64,000 bases of DNA from Lingula anatina (GCA_051362555.1 CM120641.1:49303316-49367315); one strand, 5' to 3'. Counted from the first letter of the stretch, positions 13,590 to 26,309 are shown. A program made the numbers and translations. The notes: a model not told the origin generated them from the sequence alone.

Positions 13590-14259
13590 CACCCTGAGCT
13601 TCAGAGATAACTTGACACTAACCTCTTCACTATAGCCTATCTTCATCGTGTCAAGTTACCTCTGACGAAAATAGTTTGACCTAGTTTATATAAGCCAATC
13701 GAATCCAAGTTTCAAAATTTTTCACCAAAGTTTGGTGAAAACGCTGATTGGTTGATCGTCAATCGGCAATCCTCGGCTGATTCCGCAAGCTCCATACTAA
13801 CAACAAAGTTATTGTCGAGTGCGGAGACATCCGAGTAGTTCCGAGTGCATAACCCTACACAAAGAAAGCATGGCGTCTCCTACGAGTCACTACGTAAAAT
13901 AATGTGTTAAGTTATCTCTTGATTCTTTGCAAAATATGAGTATATCGGAGTTGAAACCAGAGCAGTTTGAGGCCCTGCATCATTATCTACTGAGGGATGA
14001 TGTATTTTGCGTGCTGCCCACAGGTTACGGTAAGTCCCTGATATTCAGCCTTATCTTTGATTGGTCCGGATTTGAACAAAGCGCGCTTTGACTAGTTCGC
14101 GTTCATTGGCTAGAATCGTTCAATGAGTCATTGAGTGCGGGCTTTAAATTTGATTGGCGGGCGGCGGGGGCAATCGAATGTGGTCAGAGGTAACTTGACA
14201 CGATGAAGATAGGCTATTGTGAAGAGGTTAGTGTCAAGTTATCTCTGAAGCTCAGGGTG
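13590..14259 (+). mobile_element. Non-autonomous TIR DNA transposon with 8-bp TSD and RecQ-like helicase fragment (AcademH-like candidate)
   Basis: TIRs of about 77 bp, caccctgagcttcagagataacttgacac...cctctgac and gtcagagg...ctcagggtg, with one mismatch. TSD aagaaagc at 13582-13589 and 14260-14267. Internal frame reads ELKPEQFEALHHYLLRDDVFCVLPTGYGKSLIF. Confidence 0.85.
13870..14050 (+). pseudogene. RecQ/SF2 helicase N-terminal fragment (motif 0 and Walker A) with premature stop
   Basis: MASPTSHYVK*CVKLSLDSLQNMSISELKPEQFEALHHYLLRDDVFCVLPTGYGKSLIF. The pattern LKPEQ..A.......DVF..LPTGYGKSL matches RecQ-family motif 0/I. Confidence 0.75.
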
Positions 14260-14583
14260 AAGAAAGCATGATCTTAAGAGGAATAAAGAATGAAAAAGTC
14301 ACCGAACCTCTGTAGTTTCTACATTTCATGAAATATTTTAATCTTAAAAGAGCACTTGGCTTACCGCACCAGCCAAGTTAAAACAACACTGATATACTAT
14401 CAAACACATATTAAACGGATGATGGGAGGCAATGGGAGGGCAACAATATAAAAGTCTTTATATCTGCATAATATTATCACGTGAGTATGTGTCCTTGGTG
14501 CTCAAAATCAAAGCTATCATTAAATATGCGGTCCTTAGCTTCGGACATGACTGATAAGAATAAATGTGTAAAATGAAACTCAC

Positions 14584-15255
14584 CATTTAGGTCGATGACA
14601 CCGTCTGTATGTAGAAGTATGTCATTTTCACAGTCTAAGCCAATCCTCTCCCACAAGGTGGCCATATCTAGACGAGATAATGGGATGCCATACACTCGCA
14701 AACACGACATACGCCCAGAAAACTCATAAAATCCATCAACACTTCCTAATGTTATATTTGTAATAGAAATGCCCTGCAGCAGTGAAATGGTGTTAACTGC
14801 TTGCAATTTACCATGTTCATATATTTGAACGAGTCCTGAATTACTGTTATGCGTTATTCCAAATGATAGCCATGTGGTCTCAGCCGATTTGATAAAATCA
14901 AAGAGCCATGTTTTATCCAAATAAACAAATTTAACTGTTATTGTAGAATCAGCCGCAGCTCGCAACTGCAACTTAATGTGTTTTCCTGGCGTGGTTCCCA
15001 TTTGAACCAGTCCCCGTGCCTGTGTAGTCAGTGGTTCAAAGTTCAATATAACCGTGGTGGAGGTGCCGGGTACCAGGAAGTTGACGGACACGGAAGAGGG
15101 AGGAGACACCCCATCGAAAGCTACCCCTCCCCAAAGCCAGTCTGGGTCTGAATACCACGTGGTCCCATCATATGTGATGAAGTCGTCATCAGACTCAAAG
15201 ACACTTGTTTGCTGATCATCTGTGAGAGGCCACAAACCTTGCAGCGGAAAGAAGT
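14584..15255 (-). CDS. Giant receptor, ConA/LamG-like domain F (11th, single copy)
   Basis: atcttcag|ACTTC ... AATG|gtgagt, 672 nt, phase 1-1. GLWPL start, W..FGITHN...VQIYEHG, ITLG...FSGRMSCLRVY...L. Confidence 0.85.
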
Positions 15256-15318
15256 CTGAAGATAAATACACCAGTAAGGTTATAATACAAGCCGAACTTT
15301 TTGTCTACCATTGTTAGC

Positions 15319-18300
15319 TTAAGATCAACATCATCAGGGGCCTTCACCAGACTGATGTGTTATAGTGAACGTTGTAGATCTAACTGAGTTGGAATGTTAA
15401 GATCAACATCATGAGGGGCCTTCACCAGACTGATGTGTTATAGTGAACGTTGTAGATCTAACTGAGATGGAATGTTAAGATCAACATCATCAGGGGCCTT
15501 CACCAGACTGATGTGTTATAGTGAACGTTGTAGATCTAACTGAGATGGAATGTTAAGATCAACATCATCAGGGGCCTTCACCAGACTGATGTGTTATAGT
15601 GAACGTTGTAGATCTAACTGAGATGGAATGTTAAGATCAACATCATGAGGGGCCTTCACCAGACTGATGTGTTATAGTGAACTTTGTAGATCTAACTGAG
15701 ATGGAATGTTAAGATCAACATCATCAGGAGCCTTCACCAGACTGATGTGTTATAGTGAACGTTGTTGATCTAACTGAGGTGGAATGTTAAGATCAACATC
15801 ATCAGGGGCCTTCACCAGACTGATGTGTTATAGTGAACGTTGTAGATCTAACTGAGGTGGAATGTTAAGATCAACATCATGAGGGGCCTTCACCAGACTG
15901 ATGTGTTATAGTGAACGTTGTAGATCTAACTGAGGTGGAATGTTAAGATCAACATCATCAGGGGCCTTCACCAGACTGATGTGTTATAGTGAACGTTGTA
16001 GATCTAACTGAGATGGAATGTTAAGATCAACATCATGAGGGGCTTTCACCAGACTGATGTGTTATAGTGAACGTTGTAGATCGAACTGATATGGAATGTT
16101 ACGATCAACATCATCAGGGGCCTTCACCAGACTGATGTGTTATAGTGAACGTTGTAGATCTAACTGAGATGGAATGTTAAGATCAACATCATCAGGGGCC
16201 TTCACCAGACTGATATGTTATAGTGAACGTTGTAGATCTAACTGAGATGGAATGTTAAGATCAACATCATCAGGGGCCTTCACCAGACTGATATGTTATA
16301 GTGAACGTTGTAGATCTAACTGAGTTGGAATGTTAAGATCAACATCATGAGGGGCCTTCACCAGACTGATGTGTTATAGTGAACGTTGTAGATCTAACTG
16401 AGTTGGAATGTTAAGATCAACATCATGAGGGGCCTTCACCAGACTGATGTGTTATAGTGAACGTTGTAGATCTAACTGAGATGGAATGTTAAGATCAACA
16501 TCATGAGGGGCCTTCACCAGACTGATGTGTTATAGTGAACGTTGTAGATCAAACTGATATGGAATGTTACGATCAACATCATCAGGGGCCTTCACCAGAC
16601 TGGTGTGTTATAGTGAACGTTGTAGATCTAACTGAGATGGAATGTTAAGATCAACATCATGAGGGGCTTTCACCAGACTGATGTGTTATAGTGAACGTTG
16701 TAGATCGAACTGATATGGAATGTTACGATCAACATCATCAGGGGCCTTCACCAGACTGATGTGTTATAGTGAACGTTGTAGATCTAACTGAGATGGAATG
16801 TTAAGATCAACATCATCAGGGACCTTCACCAGACTGATGTGTTATAGTGAACGTTGTAGATCTAACTGAATTGGAATGTTAAGATCAACATCATGAGGGG
16901 CCTTCACCAGAATGATGTGTTATAGTGAACGTTGTAGATCTAACTGAGTTGGAATGTTAAGATCAACATCATGAGGGGCCTTCACCAGACTGATGTGTTA
17001 TAGTGAACGTTGTAGATCTAACTGAGATGGAATGTTAAGATCAACATCATGAGGGGCCTTCACCAGACTGATGTGTTATAGTGAACGTTGTAGATCTAAC
17101 TGAGATGGAATGTTAAGATCAACATCATCAGGAGCCTTCACCAGACTGATGTGTTATAGTGAACGTTGTAGATCTAACTGAGGTGGAATGTTAAGATCAA
17201 CATCATCAGGGGCCTTCACCAGACTGATGTGTTATAGTGAACGTTGTAGATCTAACTGAGATGGAATGTTAAGATCAACATCATGAGGGGCCTTCACCAG
17301 ACTGATGTGTTATAGTGAACGTTGTAGATCTAACTGAGGTGGAATGTTAAGGTCCACATTATCAGGGGCCTTCACCAGACTGATGTGTTATAGTGAACGT
17401 TGTAGATCTAACTGAGATGGAATGTTAAGATCAACATCATGAGGGGCTTTCACCAGACTGATGTGTTATAGTGAACGTTGTATATCGAACTGATATGGAA
17501 TGTTACGATCAACATCATCAGGGGCCTTCACCAGACTGATGTGTTATAGTGAACGTTGTAGATCTAACTGAGATGGAATGTTAAGATCAACATCATTAGG
17601 GGCCTTCACCAGACTGATAGACTGATGTGTTATAGTGAACGTTGTAGATCTAACTGAGTTGGAATGTTAAGATCAACATCATGAGGGGCTTTCACCAGAC
17701 TGATGTGTTATAGTGAACGTTGTAGATCGAACAGAGATGGAATGTTAAGATCAACATAATGAGGGGCCTTCACCAGACTGATGTGTTATAGTGAACGTTG
17801 TAGATCTAACTGAGATGGAATGTTAAGATCAACATCATGAGGGGCTTTCACCAGACTGATGTGTTATAGTGAACGTTGTAGATCTAACTGAGATGGAATG
17901 TTAAGATCAACATCATGAGGGGCCTTCACCAGACTGATGTGTTATAGTGAACGTTGTAGATCTAACTGAGTTGGAATGTTAAGATCAACATCATGAGGGG
18001 CCTTCACCAGACTGATGTGTTATAGTGAACGTTGTAGATCTAACTGAGATGGAATGTTAAGATCAACATCATGAGGGGCCTTCACCAGACTGATGTGTTA
18101 TAGTGAACGTTGTAGATCAAACTGATATGGAATGTTACGATCAACATCATCAGGGGCCTTCACCAGACTGGTGTGTTATAGTGAACGTTGTAGATCTAAC
18201 TGAGATGGAATGTTAAGATCAACATCATGAGGGGCTTTCACCAGACTGATGTGTTATAGTGAACGTTGTAGATCGAACTGATATGGAATGTTACGATCAA

Positions 18301-19507
18301 CATCATCAGGGGCCTTCACCAGACTGATGTGTTATAGTGAACGTTGTAGATCTAACTGAGATGGAATGTTAAGATCAACATCATCAGGGACCTTCACCAG
18401 ACTGATGTGTTATAGTGAACGTTGTAGATCTAACTGAATTGGAATGTTAAGATCAACATCATGAGGGGCCTTCACCAGAATGATGTGTTATAGTGAACGT
18501 TGTAGATCTAACTGAGTTGGAATGTTAAGATCAACATCATGAGGGGCCTTCACCAGACTGATGTGTTATAGTGAACGTTGTAGATCTAACTGAGATGGAA
18601 TGTTAAGATCAACATCATGAGGGGCCTTCACCAGACTGATGTGTTATAGTGAACGTTGTAGATCTAACTGAGATGGAATGTTAAGATCAACATCATCAGG
18701 AGCCTTCACCAGACTGATGTGTTATAGTGAACGTTGTAGATCTAACTGAGGTGGAATGTTAAGATCAACATCATCAGGGGCCTTCACCAGACTGATGTGT
18801 TATAGTGAACGTTGTAGATCTAACTGAGATGGAATGTTAAGATCAACATCATGAGGGGCCTTCACCAGACTGATGTGTTATAGTGAACGTTGTAGATCTA
18901 ACTGAGGTGGAATGTTAAGGTCCACATTATCAGGGGCCTTCACCAGACTGATGTGTTATAGTGAACGTTGTAGATCTAACTGAGATGGAATGTTAAGATC
19001 AACATCATGAGGGGCTTTCACCAGACTGATGTGTTATAGTGAACGTTGTATATCGAACTGATATGGAATGTTACGATCAACATCATCAGGGGCCTTCACC
19101 AGACTGATGTGTTATAGTGAACGTTGTAGATCTAACTGAGTTGGAATGTTAAGATGAACATCATTAGGGGCCTTCACCAGACTGATAGACTGATGTGTTA
19201 TAGTGAACGTTGTAGATCTAACTGAGTTGGAATGTTAAGATCAACATCATGAGGGGCTTTCACCAGACTGATGTGTTATAGTGAACGTTGTAGATCGAAC
19301 AGAGATGGAATGTTAAGATCAACATAATGAGGGGCCTTCACCAGACTGATGTGTTATAGTGAACGTTGTAGATCTAACTGAGATGGAATGTTAAGATCAA
19401 CATCATGAGGGGCTTTCACCAGACTGATGTGTTATAGTGAACGTTGTAGATCTAACTGAGATGGAATGTTAAGATCAACATCATGAGGGGCCTTCACCAG
19501 ACTGATG
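15319..19507. repeat. 78-bp minisatellite array, about 54 units, intronic
   Basis: Unit aagatcaacatcatcaggggccttcaccagactgatgtgttatagtgaacgttgtagatctaactgagatggaatgtt, period 78 (15321 to 15399). Confidence 0.97.
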
Positions 19508-19809
19508 CAAAGTTGTTAAATTTGTATATCCAACTGAGATGGGCTTTAAGCATTTTTGGGAACACTGTTTAACCATTAAAATAGACAAATTTTGATGAGA
19601 TGTTAACTTTTGTTTTTTCATGTTAACTTATGCTGTGAAATCTAGAAAAACACTATGCATTTTTTTTTTTTTGGGGGGGGGGGGGGGGCGGCCAAGAGCT
19701 TTTCCAGGAAGAAGGTTGGGTGTTTTAGTGATGTTTTTGACGAGAGCAAAGTTTTCTAACAAGTATTAACAAGCATTTGTATTCATACTGGTTATGAAAT
19801 TTTACTTAC

Positions 19810-20451
19810 CGTGACTTGGGACTGACAAATTTCCAAACATAGCAATGGGGCAGTTTGACTCCATGATTTCAATAAATGTGCGCGCATTTTCTATATTGAA
19901 TCTTTCGTCAAATATACAAAGACAGGAAAGTTTCCCGGAAAACCCGTTTAACCCATGTGCGAGCCCTAGTGTTATATTGTATATGTATGGGAAAGCATCA
20001 GGTTCAAAATAATGAATACGTCCAAGACTCATCCCGTTGAATATGTATACTTGTCCCGAATTACTGTCAAAAACTATGCCAATCAGGTGCCATTCGGCCT
20101 GTGTATCAAAAAATATATTCAATTCCAGTTCTTCAAATTGTAATGTTACTTCTAAAATTCCATTTCTATGTTTGATAATGACAACAATAACCCCATTACT
20201 CGATGATAGTTGCATCACTCTGCCCCCACCACCGGAGATGTAAAAATAGACTGCAAAGCTGCGGCCATGTTCGTTTAGCCGTAGGATACCCGTGGAAGTT
20301 GTCGACAGAAAGCCAAGTGCCTCCATAGCATAGTGGGTGGGTCCAAAGACCAAATCCACGTTGTATATTTCTATCGCTTGTTCACACCCCGTGATATCTT
20401 CATTTAGGTAGTCGAAATTCAATGGATACACGGCAATGGGATATGGCACAC
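19810..20451 (-). CDS. Giant receptor, LamG-like domain E, copy 2
   Basis: tttcag|GTGTG ... CACG|gtaagt, 642 nt, phase 1-1. PIAVYPLN...WHLIGIVFD...GFSGKLSCLCIFD. Confidence 0.85.
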
Positions 20452-20732
20452 CTGAAACAGATACATGGATAACTTGGTATTCTATACTTATGAAGCAACA
20501 AATGATAATTTATGGGATATGGTGCATCTGTATTGGGTACATATTGAATTTAATAATAGAATAGGGACAATAACGCCATTTCACAGAAGGCCATTCATTA
20601 CATGTACATAATGTAGAAAATGTACAGCTGCTGACGATTACTATTAATATGTTAATAGATAAAGCAAATTGGTTTGGGCTGTCAAGTGTAAGGGATGCCC
20701 CAGAGAGCTGTTAAAATGTCTGTCTGGCATAC

Positions 20733-21392
20733 CTCTATCGAACGGGACGGCTGGAAATGATTCCACGGGGCAACCATCGTTCAAGTAGTCTGCATAGTAA
20801 TATATACTTTCGACAGGAAGAGCTACATCAAACAGAAGGGTGCAGGCTAATTCACCTATGAAACCGTCGTTACTACCGCTCGTTCCAAACAGAATGGATG
20901 TTATATTCCTAAGGGTTGTTTCTTTCACACTGTCTACTTTGAACAGGTAGTTTCCTTTGAAGATGAAAAGTTGTTCATTTTCCCTATCTAAAGCCAAACA
21001 AAGCAGATGCCATTCATCGTTAGTTGAAAAAAAGGCCAATTTATACGTGATTCCAGGCAGGTCTACTCTGACAGTCAAGGTGCCCGAGTTCTGACACACC
21101 CTCACCACCATAATACCACCATTGTCATCAGACAGGGACACCAGACGTCTAGTGTTACTATTTTCTGGTTTCATATGGATAAACAAAGTAAACGACGATA
21201 TTTTGGTGGCTAAGTTCACAGAAGCCTTGGATTGAGAAAACAGCTGTAGTGCTGATAACGACATGTTGGACATCCCCTCAGTAAAGTATGCTTGTGATAT
21301 CTGGAGGTTGTTTCCATGTCCTGTGATGTCGATGTTCATATCCCTTTCCATCAAGGACCAAACTGCCAATGGGTTTGGTAAACTGGGTGAAT
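20733..21392 (-). CDS. Giant receptor, LamG-like domain D, copy 2
   Basis: ttccag|ATTCA ... AGAG|gtatgc, 660 nt, phase 1-1. PLAVWSL...DITGHGNNL...SFTLF...WHLLCL...FIGELAC. Confidence 0.85.
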
Positions 21393-21639
21393 CTGGAATA
21401 TTGAAAAAGAAGGATTTAAATTTGTTAAAATAATCATCGATATTGTGGAAAACGTGACAATGACTGTCGTGTGCAAAAATGGAATGGATCCAAATCTATT
21501 TAAGAATCAAGGAAATGACCTTGGAAATCTACCTAGGAATAATGTCATTTCCCATTCCTCTGTGGTGAACTTGCTGCAAGACAGAATTCTATGACGTAAA
21601 TATTGAAATATGTGTCATATAGCTAGTTAAGTGCCTTAC

Positions 21640-22278
21640 CCAGATAAGCAGGTGTCGTAATGTTCGTTATATTCATGATATGGAGCACTTCCAGCACCAG
21701 AGGGGGGTCCAGAGCCTTTCTGTAGAGGACCATATCATTCATCCAGCCTTGAAAATACGATGTCCTACTTTTACCTATGCTTATGTAGTCCACTCTGTCA
21801 TACGCCATATCCACAGCGCCGAGAGCTTGAAGAGAACCATCGTCTGCATACATCTTTACTTGACCTTCATGGTATGTTATTACAACGGCGACCCACGCCC
21901 CTGTTCCTTGATATGAACTTTCTACATAGCGTAAAGAGCCTGTTGAGGAAAGGAGTCGAAGTGACATAGAAATGGTTGAGTCTTCAAGCCGTTGTCCATA
22001 TAATTGTATCACAGAATATCCGAGATATTTCATCTCAAACAATCCCCTAAGAAAGTTGACCTCCGGGCGAAATTTTAAATATATGGAAAAACTATGCGCA
22101 CTTTCATTTATTGTAGATTCCAAGTAAGTTCCGCTAAAATATATGCTCCCCCGCTGATCTCCGTGGGCGTTCTCTCCTGGCTCAGCATTGTGGATATGTA
22201 ATTTGTATCCATGTCCACTCACATCCTGCCAAGGATAATATCCATTAAGAGGCCAAAAGGCACTTGGCGGAGGCATGT
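21640..22278 (-). CDS. Giant receptor, LamG-like domain C, copy 2
   Basis: ttgtag|ACATG ... CTGG|gtaagg, 639 nt, phase 1-1. AFWPLNG...DVSGHG...WVAVVITY...FQGWMNDMVLYRKAL, a classic LamG-3/pentraxin C-terminus. Confidence 0.88.
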
Positions 22279-23868
22279 CTACAATATATAACAATGAATA
22301 CACACAGTTATCTATTATATAACTACCTGGGATGGTAGGTATGATATTTTATATATACGTCGTGGTTGGGCTTGGAACTGAGTTCTCTAGGGAATCTAAG
22401 TCGACAATCTGCCTTTGCTTATTTTAAGTGTTAACCGCCCAAAATGCTTTTTGCAGGAATTTTTTTAGGGAATTTTAGCGTTTAGTCTTCAGTTTAAGTC
22501 CTTACAATTAGTCCTAATAGTCTTAACACTGGATTTTACTAACAGAGGACTATCTTGCCACGGTGACTGCATCTAAGGTTGGCCAGGCGTTCAAAAACGC
22601 TTAAAAACGTCAGTTTAAATGAGCTATCCGAGTACGCTATTATATTTGTTAAAGAAATTTATATATATATATTTTTATAATAAGAATAAACTATCAGTTT
22701 CAAGTTTTGTGTCAACATTTTGAAAAAGATTCCTTTACATGATTAAAATTATCAAAAACGAGAGTATTTTGTTTTTTTTTTCCAATTAATTACCAATTAA
22801 TAACGAAATAAATATTTTTAAAATTAATTTTGTCAGTTAAAGGATAAGGAAAAAACACCTTCTGTTGTACATGACATTACAATTGACCAAAGGGTAGAAA
22901 CCTGACACAAATTGCAGGTAAAAAAGTTAATGTTTTGCCCAGCGCTGCCCAAATAAGTATGAAATTTTAAATTGTCAAGGTAGGCTGAGATAATCTGACC
23001 TTGCTTAGAGCAAGTATTACCGGTCAAGACAAGGCCAATACCAATATCCATCCAGTTTCAGACAACAATATATTGCCAACAAAAATGAAAGGCATGACCA
23101 ATGTTCCTTTGCAAATTCATACATGTTTGAAAGCCAAAGAACCTCTTTTCGTTTATATATGGCTTTTTAAAAATCGCTTTTCCCAAATATGATATTTAGG
23201 ATGTGGTAAAATTACCCTCAGCTGATCTCACGGCCCCACTAACATGCTGTACAAAATAACAACATTTTTGTAACAGACTACTAGTGCATGCTGTGGTCAG
23301 AAAGCAGGGTAATATAAGTGTGTACAGTGTGAACATGTGAGTTACATGTTTAGTTTGAAAGGCTTAGGAAATTAATATTGATTAGAAATACATGACAAAT
23401 GTATCTTCTAAATTAATATAACTAGATGAGGGGAAAATTAGCATGTATGTGTGTGCATGTCATTTTGCCGCACTTAACTGGGGCTAAGAAATACTTGCAC
23501 TTAATCAACACCGATATATGAATCTGATGTTGACTATCAAATATTGTCTCAGTCTCAACTTTGATGGGACCTGGTGCCATTTCGACCCGGTGTAAACTGC
23601 TGCATAGCCAGTCTTTCCTTAATGCACTACCAATACATAAATAAAGTTTTAAATTGGAAAGACTTAAGTCATACAGATAAATTTTGATCGGCGTTTAGAA
23701 TATGTCGATTGGTACACGTACTGGTTCTTATAGCAAAGAATGCTGTTGCACGTAGACCTACATAACATAAGGACGCCTACCTTTACCTTATGAAATAACA
23801 TATCATAGATAATACATGGGATTGTTCGTGAAATAAACCATAAAAATGACAAAAAACGATTAATATAC

Positions 23869-24534
23869 CTTGATCGTAACGTAGTTTGACGTTTACCAAG
23901 AGGTGCTGGCAGCCGGTTGCGTTCATTTGTGAGGAAAGTCTCCATAATTTCTCTAACGATAAAGCTTCTCTGTATAACTGCAGACAAGACAGTGCCCCGC
24001 TGAATATGCCCCAGTTCCCGGTGCGGAACAATAACAGCGCATTTTCAACTGAAAAGCTGCTCCGGTAGTCTGCCACGATAAGATGGTTGCCCTCGTGGAC
24101 GTACAGTTGCTGTCGGTCAGCATCATAAATGATGAAGAGATAAAACCAGCTTCTATTAGCATTGACTGCCAGATCTCCGATTATCACGCCCGGATACAGG
24201 TACACGTTCACCGTCAAACGTTCACCGTCATATTTCACCCCAACCCTAAAACTGTTCTCCACCCCAATCATTCCAGTCGTGGCTATGGGGCCAATCATGT
24301 TGAACGGAACACACAAAGTAAACGAAGTCAGGTTATATTTCGCCATGCTGTGTACTTCACCCAGACCAGAGCTAGTCGATGTAGGGAGCAAAGCTGCGTC
24401 CCGTGTATTCCCTGGTCCAGTGGTAGGGACCACACCACCTAACAACATAGCACCCTCTTCCACAGACATACTCATTACGTCCACATTAGGGTACTCAGAA
24501 CTAAGAGGCCAAACTGCCAGCGGTACTGGAAACA
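23869..24534 (-). CDS. Giant receptor, LamG-like domain B, copy 2
   Basis: tttcag|TGTTT ... CAAG|gtatat, 666 nt, phase 1-1. PLAVWPL...SFTLC...WFYLFIIYD...FSGALSCLQLYREALS. Confidence 0.85.
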
Positions 24535-25077
24535 CTGAAAAAATGATTAAATAAATATCTGATATTTAGATAATATTAAATAAGGGGCAACTACAGGTGT
24601 CAATACATGTAAGCTCAATCTATGTACAGGGTACGAAAAGAACTTGGGGTTTAAATAGCAATACTTCTTACAGTGCATTTAAATTCGGAAATGGTTAAGC
24701 ACAAAATAAGTCATTTTGTCTGTTTTGACCTGTATTTAAGTAATATTCATCAGTCTTGTAAGTTTTAAGACAATAGGTTAAAGAGTTTCTCTCCAAATTT
24801 GTTATCTGTGTTGCATATTTGCTTAAAAAAAAAAACAAAAAAAACAGCCACATGTATTGAGAAATGATCCGAACAAACTCGGCCTATATTTTATGAATAT
24901 TCATCAGTTCTGAAATTTTGAAGACAACAGCTGTGTCTGTACATAAAATGTAATAGCCAGACAGTAACAGTAATGAGAGAGAGAGAAGGGGGAGAGAGAG
25001 CGTGCTATCAACAACAACGCTATGATAAAAGGCACTTTTAATATATGGAACTACGGACCTCGAATTTTGTTCACTAC

Positions 25078-25619
25078 TGTTCAGTTCACAAATATTATCT
25101 CCAGACTTGTTAATTAATTTGATTGGAGTCGCTTGCTTGTGCACTCGACTCGTTTTATGGCCTTGCCTGTAATTATGTAACGTAAGTGGACGTGTGCAAT
25201 TTGCGTAATTAAAATGATTGAACACCGCCAAATAATGCAGCGCAGAATCCACCATTGATAAGTAATACGTATAAAAGACGTTCAGAATTAATATCAGGGT
25301 TTCAGACTGAGAGACTCGAAGGAGACCGCTCGACAGAGCCATGTCTGAGATGACTTAAAAGTTGGAGACTTCACGTAGATGTTGTAGTTAGAGAGCGTCA
25401 ACCAATAAACCATTAAACTGGTCATTATGTGGACTTGGGTTTTCTTTGAGCGACTTAACGTAAAGCTGACACGAACCGTGGAATCTTTGGATTGCGTTAT
25501 CCACTAAGTTAGTCTAAATCGTAATGTCCTATTTCGAGCCCACGCTTGAATAAAGGGGTTCAAAATTATATTAGTTTAAGACATTCATTCGTCATATGTA
25601 TATGAATAGGTTCATTACA
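25078..25619 (+). mobile_element. Solo LTR (TG...CA, 4-bp TSD)
   Basis: A 542-bp insertion absent from the paralogous intron, whose empty site is ttcactaacctgtag at about 34845. Ends TGT...ACA, TSD ctac at 25074-77 and 25620-23, internal AATAAA near 25404. Confidence 0.8.
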
Positions 25620-25640
25620 CTACCCTGTAGATTTACTCAC

Positions 25641-26309
25641 CTGGATCTTGTGCAGGAATAGTTGTGTTCCATGATTGCAATGTACAGAGACCTTCAGATA
25701 TCCAATTGACAGTTTGCTTAATCTGCAGATCTATAAGTGACATGTTAAACAGGTGCACACATGCCACTGACATGGTTCCATATCCAATATTGAAAGTGTG
25801 AATGGGGCGTGTAGTCAGAGGGGCGGGCGGCAGGATGCTACCTAGAACTGTGTCGTTCTCGAAAACGACCAATTGGTTAGAGACACTGTTGTAGGATAGT
25901 GAAAAGTACAACCATCGGCTTTCACCAACATCAAAAGTGTCTACTATCTTCCTGACGCCTGAGTGAAAAACAAAAAATGTGCACTGATCGGAGGCGTTCT
26001 CAACTACAATCATTTTAACGTCCATTTTGATGACGGTTTCCTGCTCACCATCTTCCAGAGTAAATAATGTCATATAGGACTGACTGGTTAGATAGACAGG
26101 TACAATGACTGTAAACGATGCCAACTGAAAATCCGATATATTAGCCGTAGTTCGTGAACTAGATTTGAACGAAAACGCCCCCCTCTCCTCGCCACGGACT
26201 CCCTCGGTCAAAGTGATGTAATGAAGTGTCAGCGGAATGTCAATGTCAGTGACACTATGGTAGAGGTAAACACTGTTCATAGGCCACAGTCCAATAGGTT
26301 GATGTATAT
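25641..26309 (-). CDS. Giant receptor, LamG-like domain A, copy 2
   Basis: tatttcag|ATATA ... CCAG|gtgagt, 669 nt, phase 1-1. PIGLWPMN...EGVRGEERGAFSF...SFTV...WLYFSLSYN. Confidence 0.85.

Noticed and set aside
15319-19507. 78-bp array as a CRISPR array or coding repeat
   Set aside because: Units are contiguous near-identical monomers with no unique spacers, there are no cas genes, the context is a eukaryotic intron, and the ORF track shows no long ORF despite the period being a multiple of 3.
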